A stretch of 35,641 nt of DNA, taken from the NCBI GenBank assembly GCA_015523565.1, contig WAKA01000044.1, forward strand, positions 1 to 35,641, written 5' to 3'. Source of the DNA: Candidatus Heimdallarchaeota archaeon (GTDB lineage: Archaea > Asgardarchaeota > Heimdallarchaeia > Heimdallarchaeales > Kariarchaeaceae). A program made the translations under genes and the position numbers. Position 1 is the stretch's first letter. Each line of letters opens with the position of its first letter. Shown here in pieces: positions 9,362-18,970 of the stretch. The notes beneath the pieces were generated by a model that was not told where the DNA came from, ran no database searches, and saw nothing but the letters and a program-made list of their open reading frames with translations.

Positions 9362-10353
9362 AAAGGATCAGCACTTATGCAGAAGCTGGGGTGGATAGAA
9401 CAAAAGAAGAAACTGCTGTCTATGGAATAATGGGCATCATAAAGCAAAAATCAAGTTTCAAAGGAAAATTCGGGGACTTTTTTGCGAATGGCATTGAATT
9501 TGGCGATTATTTCCTGAGTCTTGCCACGGATGGCGTTGGTTCCAAGGTAATATTGGCAGAAACCCTTGAAAAATTCGATACAATCGGTATCGATTGTGTA
9601 GCTATGAATGTAAATGATCTCATAACCATTGGATCTGTTCCCAAGGGATTTGTTGACTATATTGCCATTAGGGAACCTGATGAGTCCAAAATCAAAGCAA
9701 TCGTCTCTGGTGTCATTGAGGGATGCAATATCTCTGAAATTCCCCTGTTAGGTGGTGAGACTGCAACAATGCCTGAATTGTTTGCAGACGGGAAAAATTA
9801 TTTTGACCTGTCAGGAACCGCATTTGGCATTCAGGACAAAACAAAAATCATTGACGGTAGTGCAATCAGGCATGGCGATGTCATTATTGGTATTCAATCA
9901 AGTGGTATCCATTCTAATGGATTGACGTTGGCACGAAAACTGTTTGAGGAAACAGAAAAGAATTGGTTGCATGAATTGTTGACTCCCACCCGAATTTATG
10001 TAAAACCAATCATGGAACTGCTGAGCAATGAAATTCCCATTAAGGGGATGGCACACATAACTGGTGGTGGCTTTAGAAACGTGTTGAGAATGGGCGAGTA
10101 TCATTATTCACTTGATTCATGGGACGTCCCCCCTATTTTCAATGAAATTCAAGAAAGGGGTAGTGTCGCATCATTTGAGATGTACTCCACCTTCAATATG
10201 GGTATCGGCTTTGTTGTCATTGTAAATCCAGCGTTCGAAGAAACCACTCTTGAAATTCTTAATCGACACTATCCCTCTTTTAGAATTGGAACTATCGAGA
10301 AAGGCAATAAAGTCACAATCGGGGATTTAACCCTGTTGCCAAATAGGAGGTAA
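9358..10353 (+). CDS. purM: AIR synthetase PurM
   Basis: [53 protein letters not shown]. Confidence 0.96.
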   Translation: MKRISTYAEAGVDRTKEETAVYGIMGIIKQKSSFKGKFGDFFANGIEFGDYFLSLATDGVGSKVILAETLEKFDTIGIDCVAMNVNDLITIGSVPKGFVDYIAIREPDESKIKAIVSGVIEGCNISEIPLLGGETATMPELFADGKNYFDLSGTAFGIQDKTKIIDGSAIRHGDVIIGIQSSGIHSNGLTLARKLFEETEKNWLHELLTPTRIYVKPIMELLSNEIPIKGMAHITGGGFRNVLRMGEYHYSLDSWDVPPIFNEIQERGSVASFEMYSTFNMGIGFVVIVNPAFEETTLEILNRHYPSFRIGTIEKGNKVTIGDLTLLPNRR

Positions 10354-10357
10354 TACC

Positions 10358-11218
10358 ATGTCTACCATATTGATGACCAAAAATAAGATATTAGATGGCA
10401 GAGCAATTTCATCTGCCATATTGTCTGAATTGAAAACCAAAATCCATAGATTGGACGGCATTCCCACACTCGTTGCAATATTGGTTGGTGATGATCCTGC
10501 TTCCAAAATTTATGTATCAATGAAGCAGAAACGAGCAAAGGAAATTGGAATAAATACAAGAGTGATCAATCTTCCTGCTTCAACTTCGCAGGAACAACTC
10601 CATGAAACCATTCAAGATCTCAATGAAGATAAAACTGTCGACGGCATCCTTTTGCAACTCCCACTGCCCCAGCATCTGGATTCAAACCAAGCAATTGCCA
10701 TCATCGACCCAAACAAGGACGTGGATGGCTTGAATTACATCAATTTTGGAAAACTTCACATGGGACTTGAAGGCTTCAATCCTTGTACTCCTCTTGGTGT
10801 TATTGAGATGTTAAAAAGGTCTGATGTCAAGATGGAAGGAAAGGATGCAGTAGTCATAGGTAGATCCAATTTGGTGGGCAAACCCCTTGCAAGGATGCTG
10901 GAAATGGAAAATGCCACTGTCACCCTATGCCATAGCAAAACTCGGAATTTGAAACGGTATACTGAATATGCTGACATTGTGGTATCCGCAGTGGGCAAAC
11001 CGCAAACCATCACTGCCGACATGATCAAGCAAGGTGCTGTTGTTGTTGATGTGGGCATTTCAAGAACAAAAAATGGTCTTGTGGGCGATGTTGACTTTGA
11101 ACTTGTAAAATTAAAAGCAAGCAAAATCACTCCCGTTCCTGGTGGTGTTGGACCAATGACAATCGCAATGCTCATGTCCAATACTGTAAATGCTTTTGAA
11201 AGGAGGAGGTATACATGA
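10358..11218 (+). CDS. folD: Bifunctional methylene-THF dehydrogenase/cyclohydrolase FolD
   Basis: VGDDPAS..Y, QLPLP, KDVDG, PCTP, GRSNLVGKP, TPVPGGVGPMT. Confidence 0.96.
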   Translation: MSTILMTKNKILDGRAISSAILSELKTKIHRLDGIPTLVAILVGDDPASKIYVSMKQKRAKEIGINTRVINLPASTSQEQLHETIQDLNEDKTVDGILLQLPLPQHLDSNQAIAIIDPNKDVDGLNYINFGKLHMGLEGFNPCTPLGVIEMLKRSDVKMEGKDAVVIGRSNLVGKPLARMLEMENATVTLCHSKTRNLKRYTEYADIVVSAVGKPQTITADMIKQGAVVVDVGISRTKNGLVGDVDFELVKLKASKITPVPGGVGPMTIAMLMSNTVNAFERRRYT

Positions 11219-11811
11219 TCCATCTTGCAGTATTGGGCTCTGGAAGGGGAAGTAACTTCGAAGCCATACAAAAGGCAATCATTGCGGGAGAACTTGAAGC
11301 AAAGGTTTCCGTGGTCATTTCTGATAAGCAGGATGCCCCTATTCTTGAGAAGGCACAATCATATGGAATACCTGCGATTGCTGTGCCTCGTGACAATTTT
11401 GACACCAGACAGGCGCATGAAAAAGAAATTGTGGCATTACTACAAAATTATACGATTGATTATATCGTTTTGGCAGGATACATGAGAATCCTGACAAGTT
11501 ATTTCATTCGTCAATTCCCCAACAGGATCCTGAACATACATCCCAGCCTATTGCCTGCCTTTAAGGGACTCCACGCCCAAAAGCAGGCATTGGAGTATGG
11601 TGTGAAAGTGTCTGGTGCTACAGTTCATTTAGTGAACGAAGAAGTTGACGGCGGCAGAATATTGGGTCAAAAATGTGTCCCTGTTTATGATTCAGATACT
11701 GAGGAAAGCCTAAGCCAAAGAATTTTAGCTGTTGAGCATCAGTTGTTTCCAGAGGTATTGCAAAAGATATCTGAAGGAAGCCTGAAAATTCCAATGGAGG
11801 TCAAAGCCTGA
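11215..11811 (+). CDS. purN: Phosphoribosylglycinamide formyltransferase PurN
   Basis: SGRGSN, LAGYMRIL, NIHPSLLPAFKG, GATVHLV, DGG, EH. Confidence 0.96.
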   Translation: MIHLAVLGSGRGSNFEAIQKAIIAGELEAKVSVVISDKQDAPILEKAQSYGIPAIAVPRDNFDTRQAHEKEIVALLQNYTIDYIVLAGYMRILTSYFIRQFPNRILNIHPSLLPAFKGLHAQKQALEYGVKVSGATVHLVNEEVDGGRILGQKCVPVYDSDTEESLSQRILAVEHQLFPEVLQKISEGSLKIPMEVKA

Positions 11812-13235
11812 TGTGTGGTGTAATTGGCATCTGTGGAAAGGAAATCAAGTTAAGACACGCCAAGTCCCTTCTGCAACTCTTGGTTCATAGGGGACAGGAT
11901 GCGTCAGGTTTGGCGTGGATCGATGAAAACGGGATGCACAGACTTTCAAAAGTCAAAGGACAGCCAAGCCAAATCCCCATCAACGGAGAGGTTTCGCCAT
12001 CAATTATCGGAAGTACCCGGTACCCAACCTATGGCAACAGGAAAGGTGAGGTGAATGTTGAAAAATTTGCCCAACCTTTTACCTATAATACTACAAATGG
12101 TTCATTGACGATCTGCCATAATGGTCAGATTACCAATATTGGTAACTTGACAAATGAAAAGTTTCATAGTGATGCTGAATTCATTGCCAAATACCTTGGA
12201 CAGCTTATTGATGAAAAACAAAGCTTAATTGAAGCATCTCGTACTTTATTGAAAAATTTGGACGGGGCATATTCGATTGTTGGAATTTATGACGGCAAAA
12301 TGTTTGCCTTAAGGGATCCCAATGGTATACGCCCTATGGTATATGGGATGAAAGACAATGTGTTTGTTGTAGCTTCTGAATCATTGGTTCTGCAACAGGC
12401 TGGTCTTACAGAATATCATGAAGTGCCAAGAGGACACCTTTTAATTTATGAAAATGAGCCGGAAATAATTGGACTTGATGAGAAAAGCCCGTCCCCCTGC
12501 ATGTTTGAGTTTGTCTATTTTGCATCTGCGGCTTCAACTATTGAAAAAAGAAGTGTTTATGCGACAAGGCTAAAATTGGGGAAGTTTCTTGGTCAACAAA
12601 TCCGTAAGAAGAATTTGGATATTGATTTTGTTGTTCCTGTCCCAGACACTTCAAAAACTGCATCTCAAACAATTAGTGAGGTCTTGGGCATTCCATTACG
12701 TGATGCAATCCTGAAGAATCGTTCTTCCCTAAGAACCTTCATCATGCCTGCTGAAGATGAAAGGTTATCTGCCGCCCGTGCAAAATATCTCTTCATTGAT
12801 GAACTGATAAAAGACAAAAACCTTCTCATTGTTGATGATTCAATAATCCGGGGGTTGACGCTTAAATACCTGATTTCCCTCCTCAGGCAGAAAGGCGCAA
12901 ACTCCATTCATGTGGCAATTACAAATCCACCTACACGATATCCTTGTTACTATGGTGTTGACTTTACCACTAAAAGTGAGTTGATTGCCTCCAAAAAAAG
13001 TGTTGAGGAGATAAGGTATGAAATTGGTGCAGATTCATTGACCTATCTTTCACTCGAATCTCTCAAGGAAGCTATAAACCTACCAAACCTTTGCTTGGCT
13101 TGTATTGACGGCAATTATCCCACACCATTTGGAAAGCAGTTACAAAGGTTGTCGGAAGAGGGATTGTTGCTTGAAAGCACTACCCATTATGAATCTGCCA
13201 ACCTCAAAAAAATAGCTACGACCAAGGAGGCATAA
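11811..13235 (+). CDS. purF: Amidophosphoribosyltransferase PurF ([4Fe-4S] type)
   Basis: N-terminal MCG Ntn nucleophile, HRGQD, HNG, RDPNGIRP, VDDSIIRG PRPP loop; Fe-S cysteines in CMFE, PCYYG and CLAC. Confidence 0.95.
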   Translation: MCGVIGICGKEIKLRHAKSLLQLLVHRGQDASGLAWIDENGMHRLSKVKGQPSQIPINGEVSPSIIGSTRYPTYGNRKGEVNVEKFAQPFTYNTTNGSLTICHNGQITNIGNLTNEKFHSDAEFIAKYLGQLIDEKQSLIEASRTLLKNLDGAYSIVGIYDGKMFALRDPNGIRPMVYGMKDNVFVVASESLVLQQAGLTEYHEVPRGHLLIYENEPEIIGLDEKSPSPCMFEFVYFASAASTIEKRSVYATRLKLGKFLGQQIRKKNLDIDFVVPVPDTSKTASQTISEVLGIPLRDAILKNRSSLRTFIMPAEDERLSAARAKYLFIDELIKDKNLLIVDDSIIRGLTLKYLISLLRQKGANSIHVAITNPPTRYPCYYGVDFTTKSELIASKKSVEEIRYEIGADSLTYLSLESLKEAINLPNLCLACIDGNYPTPFGKQLQRLSEEGLLLESTTHYESANLKKIATTKEA

Positions 13236-14543
13236 GTGATGGGCGATACCGTGTTGATTTTTGGTGCGGGTGCAAGAGAACATGCATTGGCGAAAGCATA
13301 CTTAAAAAGTGATCTAGTATCTAGGGTTGTTGTTGCTCCTGGTAACACATGGATGAAAAGGGACGGAATTCAGGTAGATCGCTCCTGTAGCTTAAAAGAT
13401 GCAGAAAGCATGTTAAAGGTTGCATTAAAGTACAGCCCTGATCTTGCAGATGTTGCACAGGATGACGCTCTTGCCTCTGGGACTGTAGATCTGCTCCTCG
13501 ATAATGGCATCCCTGCATTTGGTCCCACAAAAGCCGCGGCACGCATAGAATGGGATAAATCTTGGTCCAGGGACTTTATGAAAAAATATGGAATTCCCTC
13601 CCCTAAATTCAAAAGCTTTGATGATCCCAATATTGCAAAAAGCTATGTTAAAGAACTGTATTCAGTAAATCCCGACTCGTATGTTTTTGTCAAGGCTAGT
13701 GGACTTGCCGCAGGTAAAGGAGCATTGGCGGCTCATACTCTTCAAGAGGCTCTTGAATGCATAGACAGAATGAAAACATTTGGCAAGGCAGGTGAAATTT
13801 TTGTAATTGAAGAAGGATTGGTTGGTGAGGAGTTTTCATTTTATGCCATCTGTGATGGAACAAACTACATCCCGTTGATGTCTGCCCAAGATCATAAAAG
13901 GCTGTTGGATCATGATCGCGGTCCCCAAACTGGTGGAATGGGGGTGGTTGCTCCTACTGGTCTTACATCCAGCTTGGAAGATAAAATTTCAGAGAATTTC
14001 ATACATCCCGTTCTTGAAGGCATGAAAAAAGAAGGTCATCCATATGTTGGCATTCTCTATTTCAGTGGCATTCTGGTGGATGACCAAATCTTTTCAATTG
14101 AATACAACGCCAGATGGGGTGATCCAGAATGCCAAGCCATCCTTCCAGGCTTGAAAACGGATTATTATTCTTTGGTGAAAAAAGCGTTGGACGGGAATCT
14201 CGGAGAAATACAGGTTGAATTTGATGGAAAAACTCGTGTATGTGTTGTCGGTGCTTCATTTGGATATCCACAGGACTATTCCGATGTAAAAGGAAAACTG
14301 GTATATGGTCTTGAAGCATTGCATGACGTAGAATTATTTAGTGCAGGATTGGGGGACATGGATGGAAGAACCGTGGCAAACGGTGGCAGGCTTTTCTCTG
14401 TTGTTGGTGAGGGTGATAATGTACTTTCCGCACGAAAAATCGCATACGGTGCCATCTCAACAGTGGCAATTGAAAATAATTTACTGCATTTCAGGACAGA
14501 TATCGGCTGGAGAGATGTATTAAGGCACTTTAAGTCTCAATAA
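13236..14543 (+). CDS. purD: Phosphoribosylamine-glycine ligase PurD
   Basis: GAGAREHA, APGN, KASGLAAGKG, QDHKR, GPQTGGMG, EYNARWGDPE, GGR. Start is GTG 13236 or ATG 13239. Confidence 0.96.
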   Translation: MMGDTVLIFGAGAREHALAKAYLKSDLVSRVVVAPGNTWMKRDGIQVDRSCSLKDAESMLKVALKYSPDLADVAQDDALASGTVDLLLDNGIPAFGPTKAAARIEWDKSWSRDFMKKYGIPSPKFKSFDDPNIAKSYVKELYSVNPDSYVFVKASGLAAGKGALAAHTLQEALECIDRMKTFGKAGEIFVIEEGLVGEEFSFYAICDGTNYIPLMSAQDHKRLLDHDRGPQTGGMGVVAPTGLTSSLEDKISENFIHPVLEGMKKEGHPYVGILYFSGILVDDQIFSIEYNARWGDPECQAILPGLKTDYYSLVKKALDGNLGEIQVEFDGKTRVCVVGASFGYPQDYSDVKGKLVYGLEALHDVELFSAGLGDMDGRTVANGGRLFSVVGEGDNVLSARKIAYGAISTVAIENNLLHFRTDIGWRDVLRHFKSQ

Positions 14544-17520
14544 CAATACTATGTTTGCAAAGTGGGCAATACGGTCGCTTCGAAACCCATTCCAGCAAAT
14601 GATCTTCATGATACCAATATTGGCATCCTGGACACATAATGCCGATTTCAACTTCTTTCATACAAATCAGGCATTGGGTTATTGTTGTGGGAACCGACAA
14701 TTCCAATTGGAATGTTGAAAAGAACAACTTGCTTGGAATTGTCTCCTCAGCAATAAGCTCTTCCTTTTCAAACAACTCTTTTGGAAACTCAGGTGCTGTC
14801 ATCCCTAATTTTTCAAAAATCTGCCCTTGCCATTCCTTTACCTTGGCATAACCAATTTCTGTCAATTCATCTGCCCTTATTTTCTGTATCAATCCTCTTT
14901 TCATTGCATCCATGGCAATCCTGTCTACTAAATGTCTAGGGTGTTCCAAATCGGGATTTGTCACAAGTATGACCAATTTTTTCTTCGCTCGAGTCAAAGC
15001 TACATTTATCCTTTTCTCATCCGTAAGCAATGGCACTTGATGTGATGTCACTGTTGACAAGATAATGACTTCACGTTCTGATCCCTGATATCTGTCAATA
15101 GTGTCTATCTCCACTTCGGGATAGGGAAGAATGGTTCGGAGCAAGGCTACCTGCGCCCTGAATGGTGCAATGATACCGATGGCTTTTGGAGGAACATTGG
15201 TGTTCATCAAATCCATGAAACAATAGAATGTTGCGAGAACCTCTGCATTATTTGAAGGTGAAACTTCATTATGGGTTGGATTCTCTATAACTAAAACCTC
15301 ATAGGGTTTATTGCCAATGTACAATCCCTCAAACTGTGGCAATTGTTGCCTAGCAATCTCTGGACTGCCTGCTTCCAATTGACCATCATAAAACTCATTG
15401 TTCGGGAAGTAAAGTATCTCATCGTTCATTCGATATTGTTTTGTTAGTCTAATGAAACGTTCTGGAAACCTTTCGGCCAACCTTTCAAAAAGGGAGACAT
15501 GGAGCTCTTTTTCCCGTGCCTCCGGAGATGTGACTATCGGTTGCAACTGTGCATGGTCTCCCACAAGAATTGCCTTTTCTCCACGTAGGATCGGTCTAAG
15601 TGCATCTGGTTCCGTCATTTGTGCCGCTTCATCAAGGATGACGTAATCAAACAAGACCTGTTCATAAAGGTCATTTCCTATTGTGGTTGTTGTGGATAAC
15701 ACAACCAATGGCTCTTTTTTCTCCAACATTGACTTGAAAAGGTCTTCCTTATTAAAAGGCGAATGCACCTGCAACGATTCATGCATTGACCACTCATTTC
15801 CAAGTCTAAGAAAATCAATTCCTGCCTCCTGCAGTTTCTTCCCGATATTGTCAACCGCCATATTTGTATAGGCAGTGCAAAGTATTTTTCTTCCCTTAAA
15901 CAAAAACTGCCTGACCAATTCTACAATTACACTTGTCTTTCCTGTTCCTGCTGGTCCCTGTATCATGAAGAAATCAGGTGTCACCATTGACTGCATGATT
16001 GCTTTTTCCTGCACCTCATTATAGGGCATTTTGGGTTTACTGATTTTTTGAAGGGCTTCTGGAAGAGGTTCAAGCTTAAACTCTGAATCAGAAAATGATT
16101 TAATTATAATATCCAATAATGGATTTTTTATGAACATTGCATAAAAGACTGCTTTCCTTCCCCCTCTCAACCCATATGTAAAACGAGTGGGTACAATCCC
16201 CATGTTTTCTGGTAAGGGATTCACGGAGGAAACCGTTATCTTCTCACTGTCAAGGTTTACAATGGTCAATGAATAGAATAGTGTGGTTGTATCGTGTAGC
16301 TTGCTAAGATCGTAGCCAATGGCAAAATCCCCTTTTCTAAACCTTGGGGTGTTGGACACCTGCCGAAAAGTGGTAACTATTGAACTTCCATGTTCCTGTT
16401 CATCAATTTTTTCAGTGGTGATGACTGCAAACCCATCATCGACTAAACGTTTTCGGAACCGTTTATCTGTTGAACAAACTCGTGAATAGAGATATGACTC
16501 AGATAGACTGTCCCTTTCCTCAGCCATAAGCGCTTGCGTGAAATGGTCAAAATATTGCTGGTGTGGTTCCTTCCATTCTTCTTTTGTACAAATTGGTGCC
16601 TGAAGACAATTTTCACAATCACGCTGTGTTTTCATCCCTGCACAAAGTTGCCAGCATCCCTCCTTTACATAACAATATCTGCATGCCTTTGCATCATCTC
16701 CCCTAAGCACTTTGGGAAGTAACCGTCCTGATTGAACCAAATATGCATAATTCCTCCCAATGACTGTCCTATGTTTTTCCCAATGTGTGGGCAATGCAAA
16801 TCCCATCTCCCCATCATTGACATAAAGAACCATTCCCATATGTTTCCCATATTCCTCCATCATTTGCAAATAGATGTTCATTTGGATGTTATGATTGGGC
16901 CATGGTGTCCCCTGCGGTATTTTTGATGACTTGAGTTCTATTATCTGGTCATTGATGATCCCGTCAAATTTTCCATGCAAGCCTAGATTCCAGTTTTGGC
17001 AGTCCAATTCTGTCAATCCCTTGGTTCCTACTCCATCAATTGCCCCAGCATCCCTTTCAAGATATTTCTTTGCCTCGTTTTCATCTGTATCACTTGCCAA
17101 CAGATCCAATTTGGCGTCCTGAAGTGCTAAATCGATTGCATTGGTCACATCCATCCCTCGAGCCAATTTATAGGAAAAGACATCATGGAGGAGATTCCCT
17201 TGCAGCATTCTCTTAAGGACATTCAAATCTGTTACCTTTTCCGCCCCCATTGTCCTGACATAAACTTTTCGAGGACAGGATATTGCATCTATTACGCTTG
17301 TCACTGCCACAAGGTAATGGGGTTCAATGACCAATAGCCCTTCTTTAGAGATAACATTGTTCTCTGCCTCCACATAGAGCATGTCCAACTTATTTAAAAA
17401 CGGCAAGAATTGAACCCATGGGTCTTCTAGTTTAATTTTTATTTTGGATCCCGTTTCGTCAGCACATAGAATCTCTTTTCCATTTACTTCCAACAACACT
17501 ACTTGACCTTTCAATACCAA
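14530..17520 (-). CDS. Dna2-like PD-(D/E)XK Fe-S nuclease / SF1B (Upf1/Dna2-like) helicase with C-terminal RING-type zinc finger
   Basis: Nuclease: CPRK (C82), GNLLH, GKFDG, IELKS, QMNIY, CRYC-x5-C. Helicase: QGPAGTGKT, DEAAQ, VGDHAQL, QYRMN, TIDRYQGSERE, NVALTRAK. C-terminus: CxxC-x9-CxxC-x4-HxxH-xxxW-CPxC. Confidence 0.88.
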   Translation of the reverse strand: MVLKGQVVLLEVNGKEILCADETGSKIKIKLEDPWVQFLPFLNKLDMLYVEAENNVISKEGLLVIEPHYLVAVTSVIDAISCPRKVYVRTMGAEKVTDLNVLKRMLQGNLLHDVFSYKLARGMDVTNAIDLALQDAKLDLLASDTDENEAKKYLERDAGAIDGVGTKGLTELDCQNWNLGLHGKFDGIINDQIIELKSSKIPQGTPWPNHNIQMNIYLQMMEEYGKHMGMVLYVNDGEMGFALPTHWEKHRTVIGRNYAYLVQSGRLLPKVLRGDDAKACRYCYVKEGCWQLCAGMKTQRDCENCLQAPICTKEEWKEPHQQYFDHFTQALMAEERDSLSESYLYSRVCSTDKRFRKRLVDDGFAVITTEKIDEQEHGSSIVTTFRQVSNTPRFRKGDFAIGYDLSKLHDTTTLFYSLTIVNLDSEKITVSSVNPLPENMGIVPTRFTYGLRGGRKAVFYAMFIKNPLLDIIIKSFSDSEFKLEPLPEALQKISKPKMPYNEVQEKAIMQSMVTPDFFMIQGPAGTGKTSVIVELVRQFLFKGRKILCTAYTNMAVDNIGKKLQEAGIDFLRLGNEWSMHESLQVHSPFNKEDLFKSMLEKKEPLVVLSTTTTIGNDLYEQVLFDYVILDEAAQMTEPDALRPILRGEKAILVGDHAQLQPIVTSPEAREKELHVSLFERLAERFPERFIRLTKQYRMNDEILYFPNNEFYDGQLEAGSPEIARQQLPQFEGLYIGNKPYEVLVIENPTHNEVSPSNNAEVLATFYCFMDLMNTNVPPKAIGIIAPFRAQVALLRTILPYPEVEIDTIDRYQGSEREVIILSTVTSHQVPLLTDEKRINVALTRAKKKLVILVTNPDLEHPRHLVDRIAMDAMKRGLIQKIRADELTEIGYAKVKEWQGQIFEKLGMTAPEFPKELFEKEELIAEETIPSKLFFSTFQLELSVPTTITQCLICMKEVEIGIMCPGCQYWYHEDHLLEWVSKRPYCPLCKHSIVIET

Positions 17521-17553
17521 ATCAAGAAATTGTGACTATTTCAATATTAAGCT

Positions 17554-18201
17554 TCAGTTATCAATATTGAACTGACTTTCTCCACATTGTTCACAAAATT
17601 CATTTTCAGAAGGAACCTCTGAAAAACAGTTCCAACACTTTTTCGTGGGTGTCGCCCTCAATGTGCGATCTGCAATATTTTCCAGAACTGCCGTCGCGAG
17701 ATTGAATACGTCATTATCTAGCTTTTGTATTTCTTTAGCACTGTATTTTCCCCAAATGAACTTCCCTACAAAAAAGACAATGATGGATGTAAGAAACACC
17801 CAAAAAAGGATATTTGGCAGGTCTGTGGATACAATGAAATTCAAAAATGAAAGGAAAATGGTAATTATGATAGGAATCAAAAACCATAACAGGTAATAAA
17901 AAAGGAATGGCCTGCTTTGTCGGTTACTACTTTTTTTTCTTTTGTACTTGACAACAAGTCCCGTACTTTCTACAGGATAAATGACATGATCCGCTATCAC
18001 ATTGACAAACAAGGGGCGTGATGGCTTTCTCTCTAAAATGAGATACGTCTTGAACAACTTTCTTTTAACAAGCCATGAATGTTTATTTTCTGTAAATTCA
18101 TTCAGCTCTGTAGAAAATCCCCGGTTGTGAAATGCATCTTCTATTTCTGCCTTCAACTGTTCCTTTGGGAGATTATCCAGACGTATCGCCTTGTTTGGCA
18201 T
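17554..18201 (-). CDS. Membrane protein (2 TM helices) with C-terminal zinc ribbon
   Basis: Two hydrophobic stretches (FLFYYLLWFLIPIIITIFLSFL; ILFWVFLTSIIVFFVG) and CWNC-x10-CEQCG. Confidence 0.75.
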   Translation of the reverse strand: MPNKAIRLDNLPKEQLKAEIEDAFHNRGFSTELNEFTENKHSWLVKRKLFKTYLILERKPSRPLFVNVIADHVIYPVESTGLVVKYKRKKSSNRQSRPFLFYYLLWFLIPIIITIFLSFLNFIVSTDLPNILFWVFLTSIIVFFVGKFIWGKYSAKEIQKLDNDVFNLATAVLENIADRTLRATPTKKCWNCFSEVPSENEFCEQCGESQFNIDN

Positions 18202-18272
18202 TAATTTTTGATATGATTTACTGTTAAATATTTTTTTAAACCATCTCCCAATATATCACAAAATTTCAACAA

Positions 18273-18812
18273 TCATTCCAATACCTCAACAATTTGATCA
18301 AGAAATATTTTCTCCTTTTTCAAGAGAAAAAAGTGTGGGAAGCCTCCATCGTCAGAAGAACCTATTTTGGCAAATGCAGTCCTTATTTGAGGACTTGATG
18401 CTAATTTTCTCGCCCAATTTTTTTCTTTTGGTTTCGATGATAGATCAAAAAAGATCATTTCCAACAGCATATGCTCAAGAATATAATCAATATGCCACCT
18501 TAGTGTTTTCCTTAAAGGTTTCCTATAAGGAGTCCCTCTTTCCCTAAAAAAATCAACTAATTCTTCAAAAACAGGGTGTTTTTCCCCATTTTTCTTGATT
18601 GCGTGTCTTAATAACCTGTTTGGCAAGCTTGTTGCACCAATTCCCATTGCAGAACCAACATAAAGATAAATTCCTTTTTCAAATTTTACTGCGTTTCCTC
18701 CATTATACCTACCGACAGTGAACTTTTTGTTTGTCTCATTCTTTATTACCAATAGATACGTCCCTTTTTTTTGTATTTCTTGTAAATGATCATCATACTT
18801 TGCCTTTATCAC
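18273..18812 (-). CDS. GIY-YIG superfamily nuclease, DUF123 type
   Basis: GTYLL, GIYLYVGSAMG, RLLRH, RWHIDY and GSSD, as in archaeal DUF123 proteins. Confidence 0.82.
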   Translation of the reverse strand: MIKAKYDDHLQEIQKKGTYLLVIKNETNKKFTVGRYNGGNAVKFEKGIYLYVGSAMGIGATSLPNRLLRHAIKKNGEKHPVFEELVDFFRERGTPYRKPLRKTLRWHIDYILEHMLLEMIFFDLSSKPKEKNWARKLASSPQIRTAFAKIGSSDDGGFPHFFLLKKEKIFLDQIVEVLE

Positions 18813-18860
18813 TAATCTTCACCAAAATCATTGTCTTATGTTGCCTAAAATTGATCAAAA

Positions 18861-18904
18861 AATAAAACTTTGACGAAGGCAATAATGAATAAAACTTTAT
18901 CGAA
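18861..18904. repeat. Imperfect 17-bp direct repeat AATAAAACTTT-nn-CGAA x2
   Basis: aataaaactttgacgaa at 18861-18877 and aataaaactttatcgaa at 18888-18904, in the divergent intergenic region. Confidence 0.45.
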
Positions 18905-18970
18905 AATTAAAAAAAATGTTTGTCTTCGTGGAAAAATAAAAAAGAAAGGATATTATTCTTTATTCTGATA

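Noticed and set aside
10756-11358. 200-aa minus-strand ORF and the many other 60-165 aa alternative-frame ORFs
   Set aside because: They lie antisense to or within well-supported genes (folD/purN and others) and lack family motifs.
14530-14543. Convergent gene overlaps (purD/Dna2-like 14 bp; menG/MFS 4 bp) as antisense regulation
   Set aside because: Short tail-to-tail overlaps are ordinary in compact archaeal genomes.
16588-17520. Cas4-like nuclease suggesting a CRISPR-Cas locus
   Set aside because: It is the N-terminal domain of a Dna2-like fusion; there are no cas1/cas2 genes and no repeat-spacer array in the window.
18273-18812. GIY-YIG as a homing endonuclease or mobile element
   Set aside because: It matches the stand-alone DUF123 type; no intron/intein context, terminal repeats or transposase were seen.
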